Assembly: GCA_964247055.1 (NCBI GenBank)
Contig: OZ176055.1
Coordinates: forward strand, 1,922,001 to 1,986,000
Origin: Paragordius varius
Lineage: Eukaryota > Animalia > Nematomorpha
DNA length: 64,000 nt
Reading direction: 5' to 3'
Below the pieces are notes generated by a model. The model worked only from the letters and a program-made list of their open reading frames with translations, did no database searches and was not told the origin of the DNA. Positions 62,628-64,000 of this stretch are shown here, in pieces (the first letter of the stretch is position 1; the number at the start of each line of letters is the position of its first letter). Both the position numbers and the translations under genes were made by a program.

Positions 62628-64000
62628 TTTAAGACCATTAGAATGTTTGAGTAGACTTCGAATTGCCCATGAAATAAGATATGAGAAACAAACCATATTT
62701 TCTCATACTTTTTGAGTTTTATGACCTTAAAAATTAACAATAATGTATCGATCTAAAATTTTGACATCTGAGTCATGTGACATTTAAAAATGCATGTCCT
62801 AGTTGATATGGCTCTAAGTATATGTTTAGATACATGTAAAATATATCGATTTGATAGTATTTATTGAAAGAACTAATTACAGTACTGTATAATATATATA
62901 ATTTGGTGTGGTATAGGTAAGATATGTTAGTGTTAGAGTATAGATAAAATTGTTTAATTTTTACAGATTGTTATGCACCCATATTGTGTCCAAGTTTATA
63001 TAAAGCAAATTACAAGACTAGATAATTTTTATTTCAAATAATTTGAATTCATAACATTGCTTGCTAAGCCTCTTACTCGTTGTCCTTGACAAAATTAAAA
63101 AAATTTAGGGTTTAATTAATAATATAATTGTTCAAAAAGTTTTACAAACTTAAAATCTTATTAACAACGGTACGCTGCACAAACGCAAAATATTAAAAGC
63201 GATTGACAATTTTGAAGATAACTGTGAAATATTCTTCTAAATCTTAAGCGTAGATATTTTAAAATATTTAGTCCCTTTAAATGAGAGAGATGCTGACGAT
63301 GGGGTCATTATTTAAAATGGATGACTGGCTATTTTAAATTATATTGAAACCATATTTCAAATATACATAAGCCCCCTGAAAACTCGCTTCACAATGCTTA
63401 TTAAAAAAATCTAACCTGCTGATTATCATTTTATTTTTCCATCTTGAAAACAAAGTTCTTGCAAGACACAACCGTTAATAGTTACGCATTTTTAAGTGGT
63501 ATAAGAAAAAACAATAAAAAAATATTTAATTTCTTAAATTCAACAGGGGGAAATTGAGAAAACTGCAAGCGACCTCAGTAATATTTATTTTTTGTCATCT
63601 TTAGTTTTATAAATAATTACAATGGATTTTAATTATTCTTGTTATACCGCCTATCAATATTGCCTTTAAAATGTGATAATTATTTAATTATTTAGGTGTA
63701 TTTAATTTAACAATACTTTATTTATCGTGTGATTGCATATTTACTTAATTTACTACTCAATTGTGACAGTTTGGTAAAAATTTAATTAAATGTTATATGA
63801 GATTTTACATTTTATCTGATCTAAAATTCGCAAAATTAACGGCCCATGAATGGTTATTTTTAGATTAAAATAATGATAACAAGTTCTATAATTTACTGTA
63901 TCAACACTATGCATAGTAGGTCCTGATTTAATATATCATTTTATATTTTATAGAGCGTTTCCTCAATTTTTTCTATATATATAAAATGAATTACAAATCA

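Noticed and set aside
1-64000. tRNA, rRNA or other structured ncRNA genes; bacterial or viral HGT island
   Set aside because: No cloverleaf, rRNA-like block or intronless operon seen by eye. A tRNAscan-SE/Infernal run would be needed to exclude small RNAs fully.

Overview
AT-rich eukaryotic (metazoan) genomic DNA with GT-AG introns; the species cannot be named from sequence alone. I found no prokaryotic operon, rRNA, tRNA or CRISPR array. Three spliced host genes can be modelled with frame-consistent exon phases. (1) A + strand secreted protein of about 825 aa (10380-14926): signal peptide, ~600 aa of Gly/Ser/Asn repeats, a short acidic spacer and a ~30% Arg tail. (2) A - strand Mox/Meox homeobox gene (34042-37149). 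(3) A - strand 15-exon SLC34/NaPi-II Na+/phosphate cotransporter (46792-60884, 792 aa) with a ~55-aa loop insertion. Much of the rest is decayed and often nested transposons: three Mag-like Ty3/gypsy elements plus a solo LTR, Buster/Charlie-like hAT elements, mariner and RTE-like LINE remnants, and TTAA-, TA- and 8-bp-TSD MITE families. The most unusual structures are a gypsy element whose 5' LTR position is occupied by an inverted copy of its own 3' end (a 3.6-kb fold-back filling one SLC34 intron), an LTR family ending TG...TA, and a hAT-in-hAT-with-gypsy nest. Gene models and percent identities are by-eye predictions, not computed alignments.
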